Source: a virus (Duplodnaviria > Caudoviricetes). Taken from it: DNA of 64,000 bases. Below are positions 29,993 to 41,800 of this stretch, piece after piece; positions within the stretch are counted from its first letter, which is position 1, and each line of letters starts with the position of its first letter. The DNA is taken from the IMG/VR virus record IMGVR_UViG_3300017914_003245, positions 13,471-77,470 of that record. The stretch is one strand, 5' to 3'. A program made the position numbers and the translations under genes. The notes under the pieces are model-generated. The model did not search any database and was not told the origin of the DNA. It was given only the letters and a program-made list of their open reading frames with translations.

Positions 29993-31082
29993 CGAACCTC
30001 TCTGTTCCAGGAAACCCTCCAAACCTTAATAAAGTTTTATCGTTAGCCCCATTATATTTGTATAAATCCTTGTCTTGATTATTTGTAGAAAATCTTTTTT
30101 TGCATGCGTCAAGCGTTCTTTGGCACTCATCTTTTAACCAATGATCCCTAGAAAAAAAAGGGTGATACGAACCTACATTTTCATGTGTTTGTATACATAC
30201 ATAAATCTGAGGGGTAGATTTATAAGGATTGCTAGATTCTGATGGTAATATTTTAACAATGTCATTTAATTCATAAGGCCGAGGATTATCTTCGGTACCG
30301 TTTTTACCGAAACGATTCCATTCTTTTATATTGCTGCTATTAATTAAATTCGGAGAATAAAGATCAGGATTTATCCACCCAACATTGTATTCGTCTTCTA
30401 TTTTTGGCATAAGATATGAAAAATCTTTTCTTAAACTTTTTCCATTTGATGTTTCTATTGGAAGCCCTTGGTATCCGCATCCAACTGAACACCTATACGT
30501 AAAACCGCAGTATCCAGGAAGAACCATTCTGGCAGGTACCAGAGTTTCATCTAATTCTAAGGAGGAAACTAACTCGAATTTTACAAACTCCTTATTTTCT
30601 TCTACTTTTCTACCTATATAGTAAACATCGTCAGGAAAATGAGAATTATAATCCTCAGTTCCAAACGGATTTATCTCATTAAAAAAATTTTTATTATCTA
30701 AAAACCTAGTAAAAGTTCTTTTTCTCGTGACCTTGCAGTTCGCAAAGTCATCATTTGAATGGGTGATTTTAGAAAAAATTCCATCTGGATTAGCTAAGTA
30801 TAAATTAGGACGAGGAAGCCTTCCATCTGATTTTGCTTCAAAAGAATCAGTTTTTACAGGAAGAGGTTGGTAAGCTTTATCTTGCCAATAAACTGGATTT
30901 CCCTCATTAGACATAGGGGTAAACCTATAGATGGGCTCGCTACCAAAATTTATTCCATATATATCGCTCAATATATCAAAATTAACCTGAAGATTACTAA
31001 AATCTATTTCGTATAACTCAACAATAGCATCTGGCAAAATAGATAAAGTTTGCTGCATTAAATTAGCTGAAGAAGTAGTCAT
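29973..31082 (-). CDS. Minor tail protein L (Fe-S Cys motifs)
   Basis: YQPLPV, RPNL, VTRKRTF..FLD, C...YR...CGY and C..TL.ACKKRF...FGGFPG. Confidence 0.88.
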   Translation of the reverse strand: MTTSSANLMQQTLSILPDAIVELYEIDFSNLQVNFDILSDIYGINFGSEPIYRFTPMSNEGNPVYWQDKAYQPLPVKTDSFEAKSDGRLPRPNLYLANPDGIFSKITHSNDDFANCKVTRKRTFTRFLDNKNFFNEINPFGTEDYNSHFPDDVYYIGRKVEENKEFVKFELVSSLELDETLVPARMVLPGYCGFTYRCSVGCGYQGLPIETSNGKSLRKDFSYLMPKIEDEYNVGWINPDLYSPNLINSSNIKEWNRFGKNGTEDNPRPYELNDIVKILPSESSNPYKSTPQIYVCIQTHENVGSYHPFFSRDHWLKDECQRTLDACKKRFSTNNQDKDLYKYNGANDKTLLRFGGFPGTERFDVGSDS

Positions 31083-31083
31083 A

Positions 31084-34000
31084 TTAAGTATAAATTTTAG
31101 TGTTTATTTTGATATCTGAGGCGCTAGACAATATCCTAACATAACCAGAGTAGTCCTTTATGGAAGTGTCTCTGGTTGTTAAGTTTCCAAGGTCTCCATT
31201 TTCATCCTCAAACATCAACTCTGTTTTATCTAAAGTAATCAAAGGTATATCTAAATCAACTTCGAATAAATCAAAAGTTACTTCAAAGAACTTAGTTTCT
31301 CCAGGTTGAATATGAGGATTTCTATTTTTTTTGATAAATTCTTCATTTATATAATAATCAGTTAATAGAGAGATATTTCTATCATCAGACTTAAATATAT
31401 TCCCAGTATTTTTTTGTATATATCTTCCGATAGGCTTTAAATCCGAATCTAAAAGGTCAAACATAATTTGTCCATTGGATCCATTTACGAAGCTGTTTTT
31501 CACAATTTTTATTTTGGCTCCATATAGGTTTAAAGTATCAGATTGTAAGTTTTTGAAATTATTTTCATCATATACTGGCAAATCTATAATATAATCAGAA
31601 GGCTCCAAACCTTGCTCTGTAAATAACGGAGCCTCAATAGGATTAATACCCTGCATAGAGGTGCCTAACTCAAGACCTATTCTATTTAAGAACTCATCGG
31701 AAGTACGAACCATATAATGTATATGTATATTCTTATTGAATACGTCTGCATTATTATTTATATAATAATCAATAGCCCCAGAGTCAACATCTCTTCCTAA
31801 TAAAGTTTGCCAAATATATTGCATACTTTCCTGACTAGGAACCTCATTTAAAAATTCATCACTAAAGTCGTCTCTTCCATATTTAATTGCGCCCCATTTA
31901 TATTCATCAGAATCCATCATAGAATAAAGAACGCGCCTTATATCTAACAGAGAGCCTGACATCCAACCATTGATTTCTTGAGACGAAGGAGTTCTGCCAA
32001 ACAAAACAGAATATAGTCTTGTAATACCGGCACTAGTCTTTTCTGAGTTTAAAAATTGTTGACTGAAATTAAAACTCCTTGCGGGCATGATTCTATACTC
32101 AGTTTTTCCTCCCCACTCAGACCAATGTTGTTTACCCCACTCGTACTTTGTTAAACCTAATTGATCTTTAATATAATCATACCAGTAGCGGTCAAGGTCT
32201 GGGTAAAAATTTACATAAGTTGCATAGTCAAAGTTTCTGTTTCCGATTACCTTAAAGCTCCAAGGGTGACTCAATCCCCTTATACTAGTAACAGTAAGAG
32301 CTTCGTTTCCAATATTAGTTACTTTTCCCCTAACTCTATACCTAAGACCAGAATCAAAATCGCCAGAATCTCTCGGTTTTCTAAATACCAGAGTTGAGTC
32401 TCCAACAATTTTCGCAGGAGAAGGGACATGAGGTTGGTTTTGATATATCTGTTTATCAAAATTTTCCGCAGACAACAACACAGGATGTTCCATAAATTTA
32501 GCAGAAATTGAGTGATTATTTTTATACTTATATTCATGACTCCACTCTTCGCATACAAAATTTCTGACTCTGTCATAGGGAGCAGGAAGGGTAAACTGAA
32601 AAGGCTTAAACCCCTTGTGTTGTTCTAAAAAATGTAAAATAGCACGAGCCTCTTTGTCGTTTCTATTATTAAAATTTACAGTAAAATCTAATAAACTTTC
32701 ATTTATCCCATCGTTATATATTTGAGTATAACCCTTACCCAAAGATATATCATGAAGCCTGGGTTTTTGTGAAATCGATAAACCCAGAGATGGAGACCAA
32801 AAAAAGCTTCTTGACCAACTATCAGTATTAATATCGTTAATTATTGAATTGCCCTCATTATCGTGTTCAATTTTGTAAGGGTCAACCCCTTCTATTTGAG
32901 TTGGGCTTTTACAGTAATAGTATCGATTTATCTCAGAGACAAAAACAACATCATTCACTTCGTAATACTCAGAAGGGCTATATTCCTCAGCCCTCCTCAC
33001 AAATCCCCCGTCTTCCATTCGAATTGTAGAGAAGTCAAAATTTTTGATTGTTAAATCAATATCATTGCTGTCTTCGAAATTAAGTGAATGCGAAAAATCA
33101 AAACAATAAAAATCTAACATTTGGGTTTTTGTAGTATCGTATGGATGAAAGGTAGAGCTTCCGCCCCACTTAAAGCCTGAAATGCCCTGTGTATATTTAA
33201 GGTTGTTTGAGGGCTCTTGACGTTCGTGTTGTCCAAGTTTGTTTTCTAAAAAATGAACAATTGCATTAGACTCCCTACTATTCCTGTTTTTGAATTTTAA
33301 ATTCGCAGAAAAAGATAAGGAATTAATACCTTTTGGCTGCACCCTATAATAACCGTTGCCAAATTCTTGTTTTGTATTATTCGCTTTGTATTTTACAGTA
33401 GACCCATAATCCGGATCAAAGAAAAACTCATCAGATGACCAGAAGTCAGCAGTGTCGGTTTCTCCTATAACATTTTCAGGCATTGATACATGGAAGCCCC
33501 CGCTTTCTTCATATCTATCCACAGAGTCTTGATCTGAAATTCCATGTATCCAAATTCTAGATTTTTTTGTCTCAGGAATTAATTGATTCCTGGCCTCATT
33601 AGTAAAATCTATATTAAAAACTGGAACATCCGTTCGCGGGGAAGCCTCAACTTTTCTACGGTCAGAAAGACCTTTTCTTATAGACCACCACTTATTCTCT
33701 TCCTGAATAAATATATCAAATGCGAAGCCCTCATCAAAGCGAGCGCTTTTCTCAAATAAACTCCAACCCTCTTTTATATTAAAAAGATAACTAGTTCTAT
33801 CAACCCTTCTACTTATATACAACTTTCTATTATTTTGATGAACAGGAAAATTTTCATCGTACCACGTGTCAAGGTTATAATCAACATCTTGGTCATTTTG
33901 CCCAGGAGGAAGAACGTTCAACATCATAATTTGAGAAAGATCTTCATTGCAACCTACATGAGTGAAAAAGTTAAAATTAACATCAGATGTATCATTCTCT

Positions 34001-36765
34001 ATAGACCAAGACATATCAACTTCGTTATATTTAAATATTCTTGCCACCTCGTGACCATTCCATTGATGGTTTAAATTTTTTTCTATATTTGATATATATC
34101 TGTTTGCGCCTATGAGGATCTTAGTTTCTTCCCCCGAGCTTCTTGATATGTGAGAATCAAACAACGCAGACCCATATTTCTTGAAATCAGGATCTGATAG
34201 TTGATAGATCATATTTTGATTACCTAAAGTTCTAGAGATATTGTATTCTACTCCATCCCAATTGATTGTTCCGTCAATTTCTCTCTCTTCAAAAAAACCA
34301 AAGTCTGCTGCCGAAACAGTTTTTATTTTCTTGCAAATAGTTTTATAATCATTTTGCGCTTCGTTAAAACTCTCTAAAATAGCCCAAGAATGCAGTTCTC
34401 CGTCAACAATAGTAATGACTTTATTATTACCAGAGATACTTACCTCTGATCGACTAGTGTTTTTATTGTTGAGCGGCGCATATCGCTCGTCATGAATTAA
34501 GCTCCAGTCACCCTGGTTATTTTTTTTATATACAGCAATACTGTCAGGCGCATTCCTGAATGTGTCCCCTATTTCGGATTTGTATGTTACCGCAAGTATG
34601 GTTCCATCTCTAGATATTACGGCGGGCACCTCACAATCCATAAAAGATATAAAAGAAGGAGGGAGCTGTGAATTAGCTACACCATTTATATTTTGAACCG
34701 TCTTATCATGGCTACTGCTTGTTGCCGCCTTTATATCAAATTCCGTAGAATTGCTGTTTAAATTTAAAAGGCGAACTCGAACCCTTGTGGATCCTGAAAG
34801 CTGTATAGCTAAACGAGAGCACATTAATAATTTAGTATTGTCACTAGTAAAGTTTCCAACAAAAAATGGAGATACATCAGAATAAATATTCTGATAGCCA
34901 TTAATGGAAGCCTCGATAATATTTAAAGACCCATTAGAAGCTCTTTCAATAGAACCCTTCCAACGTCTTACCAAATGCTCTTCCGTATAACCGCTAGACT
35001 GGCGAAACTTTAATTCTTGCGAATCTCCAATAAGCTGATCTGTATTAAAATATGACTGAAGATTGCTTAACAAAGCTAAAGAATCTTCTTGTAAAGAGTC
35101 GGGATAATTTAACTTGGTTTCTCCATACTCAACTGTTTCTGTCATTGATAGTATGGTATATTTTTTATCCTGATGATCTTCCAAAAGTGAGACGAGCTCT
35201 TTGTTTTCGGGGTCTCTTCGAATTCTTTCGTCTATCGACCATTTTCCATATACAATCCACTTTACTAGTACATCTTGATCAGGAGAAAAACTTAGAGATC
35301 TTGACCTAAGACTATCCTGATCGTATGACAGGCCTAGGTTTATTATATTTCTAACCGGACTCTCCCATGAAACATCAGAAAGCGAGCCGCTTTCAATATC
35401 AACTTGAATACAACCCTTAGATTCAGGTACGGTTTGATTGTTTTCAACTTGATAAACTTCACCTCTTACCCTCAAATCAAGGTGAAGCGTCGCCACTTGA
35501 TAATCTTCAATATCTTCAGCTTCTACATAACCAACAGTTCGAGAAATATCTCTTTGAATACCTGTACTCCTTCCATTTAGCCACTCATTTCCACGATTTG
35601 TTATTTGTGGTGGATTCATAGCTTTCGAACTAGGCCAATTTATGTATGCTATACGAGAACAGTCATCACTTATAGCTGCAACATGAAAAGTGCTAGAGAC
35701 ATTTTCATTATGTTTTAATGTCCAATTGTCTGAAGAAGCGCTGGCTCTATTATAAACCTCGATAGATGTTTTTTTCTTAATAACGCAAGTCAAACCATCA
35801 TCACTAAACTTCAACCTATCAATAGGCTCATATCCAACTTTACTCGAGTTCTGATCATAATAAACCTCGTTAATGTTATTGCTAAAATCTACATTTAAAT
35901 TTTGAGACTCCCATATTTCAGCAGGATACGGAGGTATATAATCCTCAAACCAAACGTAAGCTTTATTTTCATTAGCAATTTTATATTTTCTTTTTGTAAA
36001 AAAATACAAATCAGGCATTCCATCAAAATTAAAGTATAAACTTTTTTCATTGGGGTCTAAAGAATCCTTTGAGTTTTCTTGATTAAACCCTTCAATGTTT
36101 ACAATTAAATTATTATCAATAGATGGCACCCAAATTTTATTTGAATCAGTAAGCATAGGCACAGGTCTGTTTTCTGCTTCTCCATAATTCGCATAATGTT
36201 GTCTACCCCACTCCTCGATACTGGAAAAGTTATCGGCTTCAGCTTCATAAGCAGGAAGCAATCCATATACATCTCGCATTACATACTCTTTCCAGTCCCT
36301 GCCTCTCCAATCAAAATTTGAAATACCAGCCAAGAACCACTCTGAGTTAAATTTATCTTGATTATATTCTTCTGCACTCAATACTTCATTTAACAAAAAA
36401 TCTCCAGGAGAAACATCTTTCTCTGAATGATCTAATTTAGTTTCTATAACCAAGAATCGTCCATCATTACCAAAACTACTGTTCGTGATGACAATTTCGG
36501 TGCCCTGAACTAAATTCAGTTTATTATGCAGATCATACAAATAATAAGTCTCTTTGCCGCCCCAAGATGGACCTCCCCCAAGAAGTAAAAATCTTCTAGG
36601 TTCGGTTATTGAATGTCCTCCCGCATACGCTATATCATTCTTTGCGTATAAAAATCTATACCCCTCTCTATCAAAAACAATATCATATTTTTTATAAGAC
36701 TCGCCTTTTTTATAGTCTCGGATTTGATTGCTAGAATTAGTTTTTAAGGGATCTCCAGAGCTCAT
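31084..36765 (-). CDS. Giant distal tail protein with two gpM-like domains and accessory modules
   Basis: Two GxGY.Q...GIN...F...F.NR...E..AI.HFLE units, propeller-like repeats, and DUF4214-like LFGRTP/LLGRDVD segments. Confidence 0.75.
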   Translation of the reverse strand: MSSGDPLKTNSSNQIRDYKKGESYKKYDIVFDREGYRFLYAKNDIAYAGGHSITEPRRFLLLGGGPSWGGKETYYLYDLHNKLNLVQGTEIVITNSSFGNDGRFLVIETKLDHSEKDVSPGDFLLNEVLSAEEYNQDKFNSEWFLAGISNFDWRGRDWKEYVMRDVYGLLPAYEAEADNFSSIEEWGRQHYANYGEAENRPVPMLTDSNKIWVPSIDNNLIVNIEGFNQENSKDSLDPNEKSLYFNFDGMPDLYFFTKRKYKIANENKAYVWFEDYIPPYPAEIWESQNLNVDFSNNINEVYYDQNSSKVGYEPIDRLKFSDDGLTCVIKKKTSIEVYNRASASSDNWTLKHNENVSSTFHVAAISDDCSRIAYINWPSSKAMNPPQITNRGNEWLNGRSTGIQRDISRTVGYVEAEDIEDYQVATLHLDLRVRGEVYQVENNQTVPESKGCIQVDIESGSLSDVSWESPVRNIINLGLSYDQDSLRSRSLSFSPDQDVLVKWIVYGKWSIDERIRRDPENKELVSLLEDHQDKKYTILSMTETVEYGETKLNYPDSLQEDSLALLSNLQSYFNTDQLIGDSQELKFRQSSGYTEEHLVRRWKGSIERASNGSLNIIEASINGYQNIYSDVSPFFVGNFTSDNTKLLMCSRLAIQLSGSTRVRVRLLNLNSNSTEFDIKAATSSSHDKTVQNINGVANSQLPPSFISFMDCEVPAVISRDGTILAVTYKSEIGDTFRNAPDSIAVYKKNNQGDWSLIHDERYAPLNNKNTSRSEVSISGNNKVITIVDGELHSWAILESFNEAQNDYKTICKKIKTVSAADFGFFEEREIDGTINWDGVEYNISRTLGNQNMIYQLSDPDFKKYGSALFDSHISRSSGEETKILIGANRYISNIEKNLNHQWNGHEVARIFKYNEVDMSWSIENDTSDVNFNFFTHVGCNEDLSQIMMLNVLPPGQNDQDVDYNLDTWYDENFPVHQNNRKLYISRRVDRTSYLFNIKEGWSLFEKSARFDEGFAFDIFIQEENKWWSIRKGLSDRRKVEASPRTDVPVFNIDFTNEARNQLIPETKKSRIWIHGISDQDSVDRYEESGGFHVSMPENVIGETDTADFWSSDEFFFDPDYGSTVKYKANNTKQEFGNGYYRVQPKGINSLSFSANLKFKNRNSRESNAIVHFLENKLGQHERQEPSNNLKYTQGISGFKWGGSSTFHPYDTTKTQMLDFYCFDFSHSLNFEDSNDIDLTIKNFDFSTIRMEDGGFVRRAEEYSPSEYYEVNDVVFVSEINRYYYCKSPTQIEGVDPYKIEHDNEGNSIINDINTDSWSRSFFWSPSLGLSISQKPRLHDISLGKGYTQIYNDGINESLLDFTVNFNNRNDKEARAILHFLEQHKGFKPFQFTLPAPYDRVRNFVCEEWSHEYKYKNNHSISAKFMEHPVLLSAENFDKQIYQNQPHVPSPAKIVGDSTLVFRKPRDSGDFDSGLRYRVRGKVTNIGNEALTVTSIRGLSHPWSFKVIGNRNFDYATYVNFYPDLDRYWYDYIKDQLGLTKYEWGKQHWSEWGGKTEYRIMPARSFNFSQQFLNSEKTSAGITRLYSVLFGRTPSSQEINGWMSGSLLDIRRVLYSMMDSDEYKWGAIKYGRDDFSDEFLNEVPSQESMQYIWQTLLGRDVDSGAIDYYINNNADVFNKNIHIHYMVRTSDEFLNRIGLELGTSMQGINPIEAPLFTEQGLEPSDYIIDLPVYDENNFKNLQSDTLNLYGAKIKIVKNSFVNGSNGQIMFDLLDSDLKPIGRYIQKNTGNIFKSDDRNISLLTDYYINEEFIKKNRNPHIQPGETKFFEVTFDLFEVDLDIPLITLDKTELMFEDENGDLGNLTTRDTSIKDYSGYVRILSSASDIKINTKIYT

Positions 36766-37694
36766 CTAATGACCTCCTGCATATTAATTGTTGATACAGC
36801 GGTGGCGCCTTTAGAAATACTTATTTTTTGATCCATTATTTTACCACTTAAAGAAAAATTGCCTATCTTAATTCCATTCATTGAATACATGAAAACATTA
36901 AAACCACTATCTTGCAAATTATCTGACTGACTGCTTCTCTGCTGACTGCCATAAGCATTCAAGTTATCGACTAACTCAGAGCCAACAATTTCAGCTGCAG
37001 CCTCAATATTCTCTACAGAAACCCTAGAAGGCACAGCCCCCCCTGCATGTTTAGCAACATCAGTATTTTCATTTTCCCTTATTCTGTTAGATATTTTTCT
37101 GTTCACCAATATATTATACCTCAAAGATAACATTTCAAAACCATAATCAAACACACTATCAATTTCTCCCCCAGAAATTTTAACAGACCCAAACGACTTA
37201 ATAGAGTGTGCGAAGTCAACATCCCTAAGGCTCAATAATCTATCTGCAGTAGCTTCAACAGTTCCGTAAATATCGTACGTTGCATTTGCAGAAATCAAAC
37301 TAAAAGGCTTCATCTCAAAACTAAATGACTTGAGATACATATTATTAAATTTATATCTTCCAACCAAATTATCATTTATAGGAAATTCACTAATATCTTT
37401 TGCGGCTTGCCTATTCATCGCAACCCTACCTAATTGCAAAAAAGCATCTAAATTATTTGTAGACATTGTGTTTGCAGAAATAAAGAATTTTATTGACAAA
37501 CTTCCCTGCACTCCACTAAGAGGACGATACCCTATAAAATTTACAGATGGGCCAAGAGTTTTAGGATCTCTTGCTCCATAAACCCTCTCTTTAGCTAAAG
37601 ATGTTTTTGTAGATAAAACAGCGCTACTAACAAGAATCTCCTTGCCGCCAATAACAATTTTACCATCTTCGAATCTCAATAAAGGGCTACTCAT
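36762..37694 (-). CDS. Tail tube-fold/baseplate protein
   Basis: Located between the TMP and M genes. Has the tube-like alternation MYLKSFSFEMKP..ISANATY. Confidence 0.5.
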   Translation of the reverse strand: MSSPLLRFEDGKIVIGGKEILVSSAVLSTKTSLAKERVYGARDPKTLGPSVNFIGYRPLSGVQGSLSIKFFISANTMSTNNLDAFLQLGRVAMNRQAAKDISEFPINDNLVGRYKFNNMYLKSFSFEMKPFSLISANATYDIYGTVEATADRLLSLRDVDFAHSIKSFGSVKISGGEIDSVFDYGFEMLSLRYNILVNRKISNRIRENENTDVAKHAGGAVPSRVSVENIEAAAEIVGSELVDNLNAYGSQQRSSQSDNLQDSGFNVFMYSMNGIKIGNFSLSGKIMDQKISISKGATAVSTINMQEVIR

Positions 37695-37705
37695 AATAAA
37701 TCAAA

Positions 37706-38845
37706 CTACCTATTTTTTGTCTCAAAACCTTTGTAGGTTAAGGATATTGATAGCTCTCCATTTATATTACTATTTATTGTCTCTCCAATTAATCTTGCAT
37801 TATACGCTTGCAATTTATTTATAACAGTATTTTTATTAAAAGAATCGCATATATCTATTACTATATTACTCTTAGGAGCGGCTTGCAATCTATCTTTTAT
37901 TTCTCTAATTTCATATTCTTCAGCTATCATAGTTAAGTTGACATCGGTTTCTATCGGATATATAGTATCAATTTGTATAGGCTCCAAGTTTGTATATTCT
38001 GCCCCGCTATTATTATACCAATTAGAAACAGAACCCCTTGGTAACGCATATCGAGGTTCAGTACTTATAGATCTGCTAAAGCTAAAAGCGCTAATTGGAT
38101 CTATTTGAAAATCATTGATTGTAATTTTTATACTAGACTGATCGGGATACTTTATTGGCTCATCCTCATTTAAGTTAAGCTGGGATAAATCCATAACAAA
38201 CGCATCTTTACCTAAAATAGCGCTTCTGTATTTATAACCAGTAACTATACTGGTATACCTCTCTTCGACGGAGGTCGGTGGTAAAGACTCATATTGTTCA
38301 TACGAAATAGCGAGAGTTCCGTCATTCCAAGAACTAGAGACTTCCGAGCTATTGGTGCGCCTACCAAGATACACTCGAGAAGAATGATAGTTACCAATAT
38401 TGTATGGATAATATCTAGAGTTAGTATTTATAACATAAGTTGCATAATTTACCGTATTACCGCCCATATGACCATAAACAGTTAGATTTGTTTGTATGTC
38501 AGGAATTTCACCTATATTACAAGAAACAGAATACGAAGATATTCTCGCCCGATTAAAACCAAACCCCTTGTTATTATTTGCATATAATATAGCTCCATCA
38601 AAATCTTGCTCATCATATACATATCTTCCAAAAATATTTTTCTCGAGCAGCGGATCTTTCCCCGTCATTTTTCTAGATATCGCAAAATTTCCAACCATAG
38701 GAGAATCCACAAAAGCATCAACAAAGCCTACTCCAGCAATATTTACAGGCTTTTGATTTATGGAATAACTTCCGTCTGCAGATTGAACTCCTGCAAGTTT
38801 ATTATTGTTTATAATAACAATTTGTTCGTAATTCGAAAAGCTCAT
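37706..38845 (-). CDS. Tail tube-fold protein
   Basis: GVQSADGSYSINQKPV and ISSYSVSCNIGEIP parallel the tube protein at 49893. Confidence 0.55.
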   Translation of the reverse strand: MSFSNYEQIVIINNNKLAGVQSADGSYSINQKPVNIAGVGFVDAFVDSPMVGNFAISRKMTGKDPLLEKNIFGRYVYDEQDFDGAILYANNNKGFGFNRARISSYSVSCNIGEIPDIQTNLTVYGHMGGNTVNYATYVINTNSRYYPYNIGNYHSSRVYLGRRTNSSEVSSSWNDGTLAISYEQYESLPPTSVEERYTSIVTGYKYRSAILGKDAFVMDLSQLNLNEDEPIKYPDQSSIKITINDFQIDPISAFSFSRSISTEPRYALPRGSVSNWYNNSGAEYTNLEPIQIDTIYPIETDVNLTMIAEEYEIREIKDRLQAAPKSNIVIDICDSFNKNTVINKLQAYNARLIGETINSNINGELSISLTYKGFETKNR

Positions 38846-41800
38846 TATACGGTTTTACTTAATAAACCTCCAGGCCTCTGTTCTTCTAAAATTACAGCCA
38901 CCACTTGATGCTTCACTCTTTCTGCAAGCTCTGCAGAATTTTTCTCTTGATTATCTGAATTTTTGCCGCCTTCTTGTGCTCCACTTTGCTGTCGATCACT
39001 TTCAACAGCCTGACCTTTTTCTAAATTAATGGTTATACTTATATTATTAGTGTTTCCAGATATCGACTCTGAATCTTGAGAGCCTAAAGCTTCATCACCT
39101 CCAACCATTCCCCCTTCATTGAATTTACCTGCATTTATTTGATCAAGCATTGGCCTACCAAGCCTCCTAGCAGAACTAGCCTTAATAACATATTCTCCAT
39201 CGCTCAACATTGCAGGAATTTGATCGATGCCAGTTTTTCCAGAGATCCACCCACCATTGTTTTTCTTTTCAACTTCTTCTTTTTCTCTCAAAGCTTCCGT
39301 TAATGAAGGGTTCAATAAAGGAGTAAGAGCTCCCCCCCCAAAAGAATATTTATTAATTTTACCACCTCTAGAGACTCCCATTGTAGTATTGTCGAAAATA
39401 ATACCCCCATAATCGTTTTCAAAAGGTTGAGACCGCTGCATGGCTTCCCCGAACGACATTCCTGGATTCATTGATTGAAGCGCCTTTGCTCCGTCTATGC
39501 TAGTTCCTGAAGATCTCGCCCAAGAGTCCATCATAAGACCTTCTCCTAGAGCTCCAGATTCTGCCGCTGAAGAAAAAGCTGAAGAAAGTCCGGCCGTTAG
39601 AATAGTCATGCCGATTGTGGTTAACAATTTTCTTCTTTTAGCTTTTTTTGCCCTGCGCCTTGCCTCGGCTTCTTGACGAATACGCTCTTCTTCAGAGAGT
39701 ATTTTTTGCATTGCTCCAGCATCTTCCTGGACCCCTACATTGCCAGATTGAGAATAAAAGAATGCGCTCATTGCCCGTTTTTGATATTCTCTTCCTGAGA
39801 CAAACCCCCTGCTACCACCAAAATTTGCCGCTAATGCAGAACCTGCTTCCGCAGGTCTTCCTGGCCCAGAGTCTGCTTCTCGACTGATAACTCCTTTTGA
39901 TAATAAATTTTCTTCGACAGCGCTTCTTAATTGAGCTTGTTTTTTAGCTTTTGCTTCAAGCAGTTTTTCTGCTATCCCGGTTTTTTCGATTGCCCCACCT
40001 CCAGAAAATTTGGGGATACCTGTTCCAGTGTTTATTTGGTGCATAAAGGCTCCTCCATACTTATTCACGGCTTGACGGCTCATAACATATTCTCCATTAG
40101 AAACGTATGCAGGAACATTACCTCCTTTGGAATATTTTTTGACAGATCCGCCATTATTAAAGCCTCCCCCTATGCCACCAACAATCGAATATGCCATTTT
40201 CTGAAGAAAGGCCTGCTGAATCATTTGAAGAAAATTTAGAGCAGCATCCTGAAGGGCTTCATCTAATTTTTTCGTTCCATTCATTGCCTCACCCAAAGCT
40301 CCGGCCAAGCCATCTGCAAATTTTTGAGGAATTTGTTTTCCGAGATGATAATCCATAAAATCGACTTGTTCTCGCATCTCAGCAAATCCCCTCTTTAAAC
40401 CAAATTTCAAACCGTCACCCTTCATATTCTGAATGCTTTTGAGTCTTGCTTTAGCTCCATCTTCGATAGCTTTTACATGATCTCTTTCTTCTTTGGTGAG
40501 CTGTTGAATCTTTTCCTTTGTGTCTGATATTAATTTTTTATGCCTCTCTGATTTTTCGAGTATTTTATCTTTTGACTTTTCAAGCTCTAAATTTTCTTTC
40601 CTTAATTCCTTAAGTTCGTCTAATTCTTCGTCTGTTGCTTTGTCTCCTTTTTTAAGTATAGATGCTCCCCTTGTTGTATTGTCTAATATTTGAGCATCAA
40701 TTGGGCTCAATTCTTTTTGCGTTTGCTTTTCTGTGAGATCACTCAAGTTAGTACCTTGCATAAAGTACTCCTCCTGAAGATCTTGATCAAGACCCAAGTC
40801 TCCTAGTTGTTGTTTTATTTGCCCAGTATAACCTCTTCGAATATTTTCTACAGTTTTTGGGAGTTCATCGACAGCTCTTTGAGCCTTCATTTCTTTGGTC
40901 TCATATCCTCCGGAAGCTAAAATTGCAGCATCTCTTTGTTGACTTTGAAATTCTCTGATTTTCTCTTTATGTTCTGTTTCTCGATTGTAAGCCTGTAAAG
41001 CATCACTATTTTCTCTAATAATTCTATTTCTATCTGCAAGAATTTGATTTCTTTGATTTTCTAGTTCTATACCTTTTACTTTTAGGTTATTGCCTTCTTG
41101 TAATTGACGATTAGCTTCTACATGTTCTTCAGTAATAGCTTCGATTAGGATCTTATTTGATTTCTCAGATGCATCATCCCCAAGGGTGGCTTTGTATTTT
41201 TCTACAGCTTCTATCAATTTATCAATTTCAATTAAAGCTAAGGCATCAGTAATATCTGCAATCGTGGCGTTATCTCCCATTTTTTCACCTTTAATGCCGA
41301 GGCTTTTAGCAAGACCCGCTCTAAAATCTGAATCAGTTTCAGCGATTTTTGCAAAGCTCTCTCGAGTTTTTGCTTCAGATGCTATTTTTCCACTTTTTAA
41401 ATTATCTGCGGCTTCGTCTAAAGCTTTGTTGTATTTTAATTGAGCCACTTCTTTTTCGCTTAAAAACTTCTTTTGTAATTCTGTTTCGACCAAATATAAA
41501 TTTGATCGAGCCAAAGCTTCTTTTTTGATTTTCATTTCTGCATTAAAAGTTTGTTTTCTTACCGTTCTAGCAGCTTTTTCTTTGTCAATCTGTACAATCA
41601 ATCCTTGATATCTTTCAGCTTGTTGTTTTTCATATTCGTCTTTTAATTTTTTCAGTCCTGGATTTACTTCTTCAGCGACTTCTTTGTCTGAAGCTTGAAA
41701 TTTTTGGGACTTGCCCCTAATTTTTCTAGTAATACTTTCACCTTTTAAAACCTTAGCATACTCTTCTTTACTTAAATCCGCTATAGTTCTTTGACCAAAA

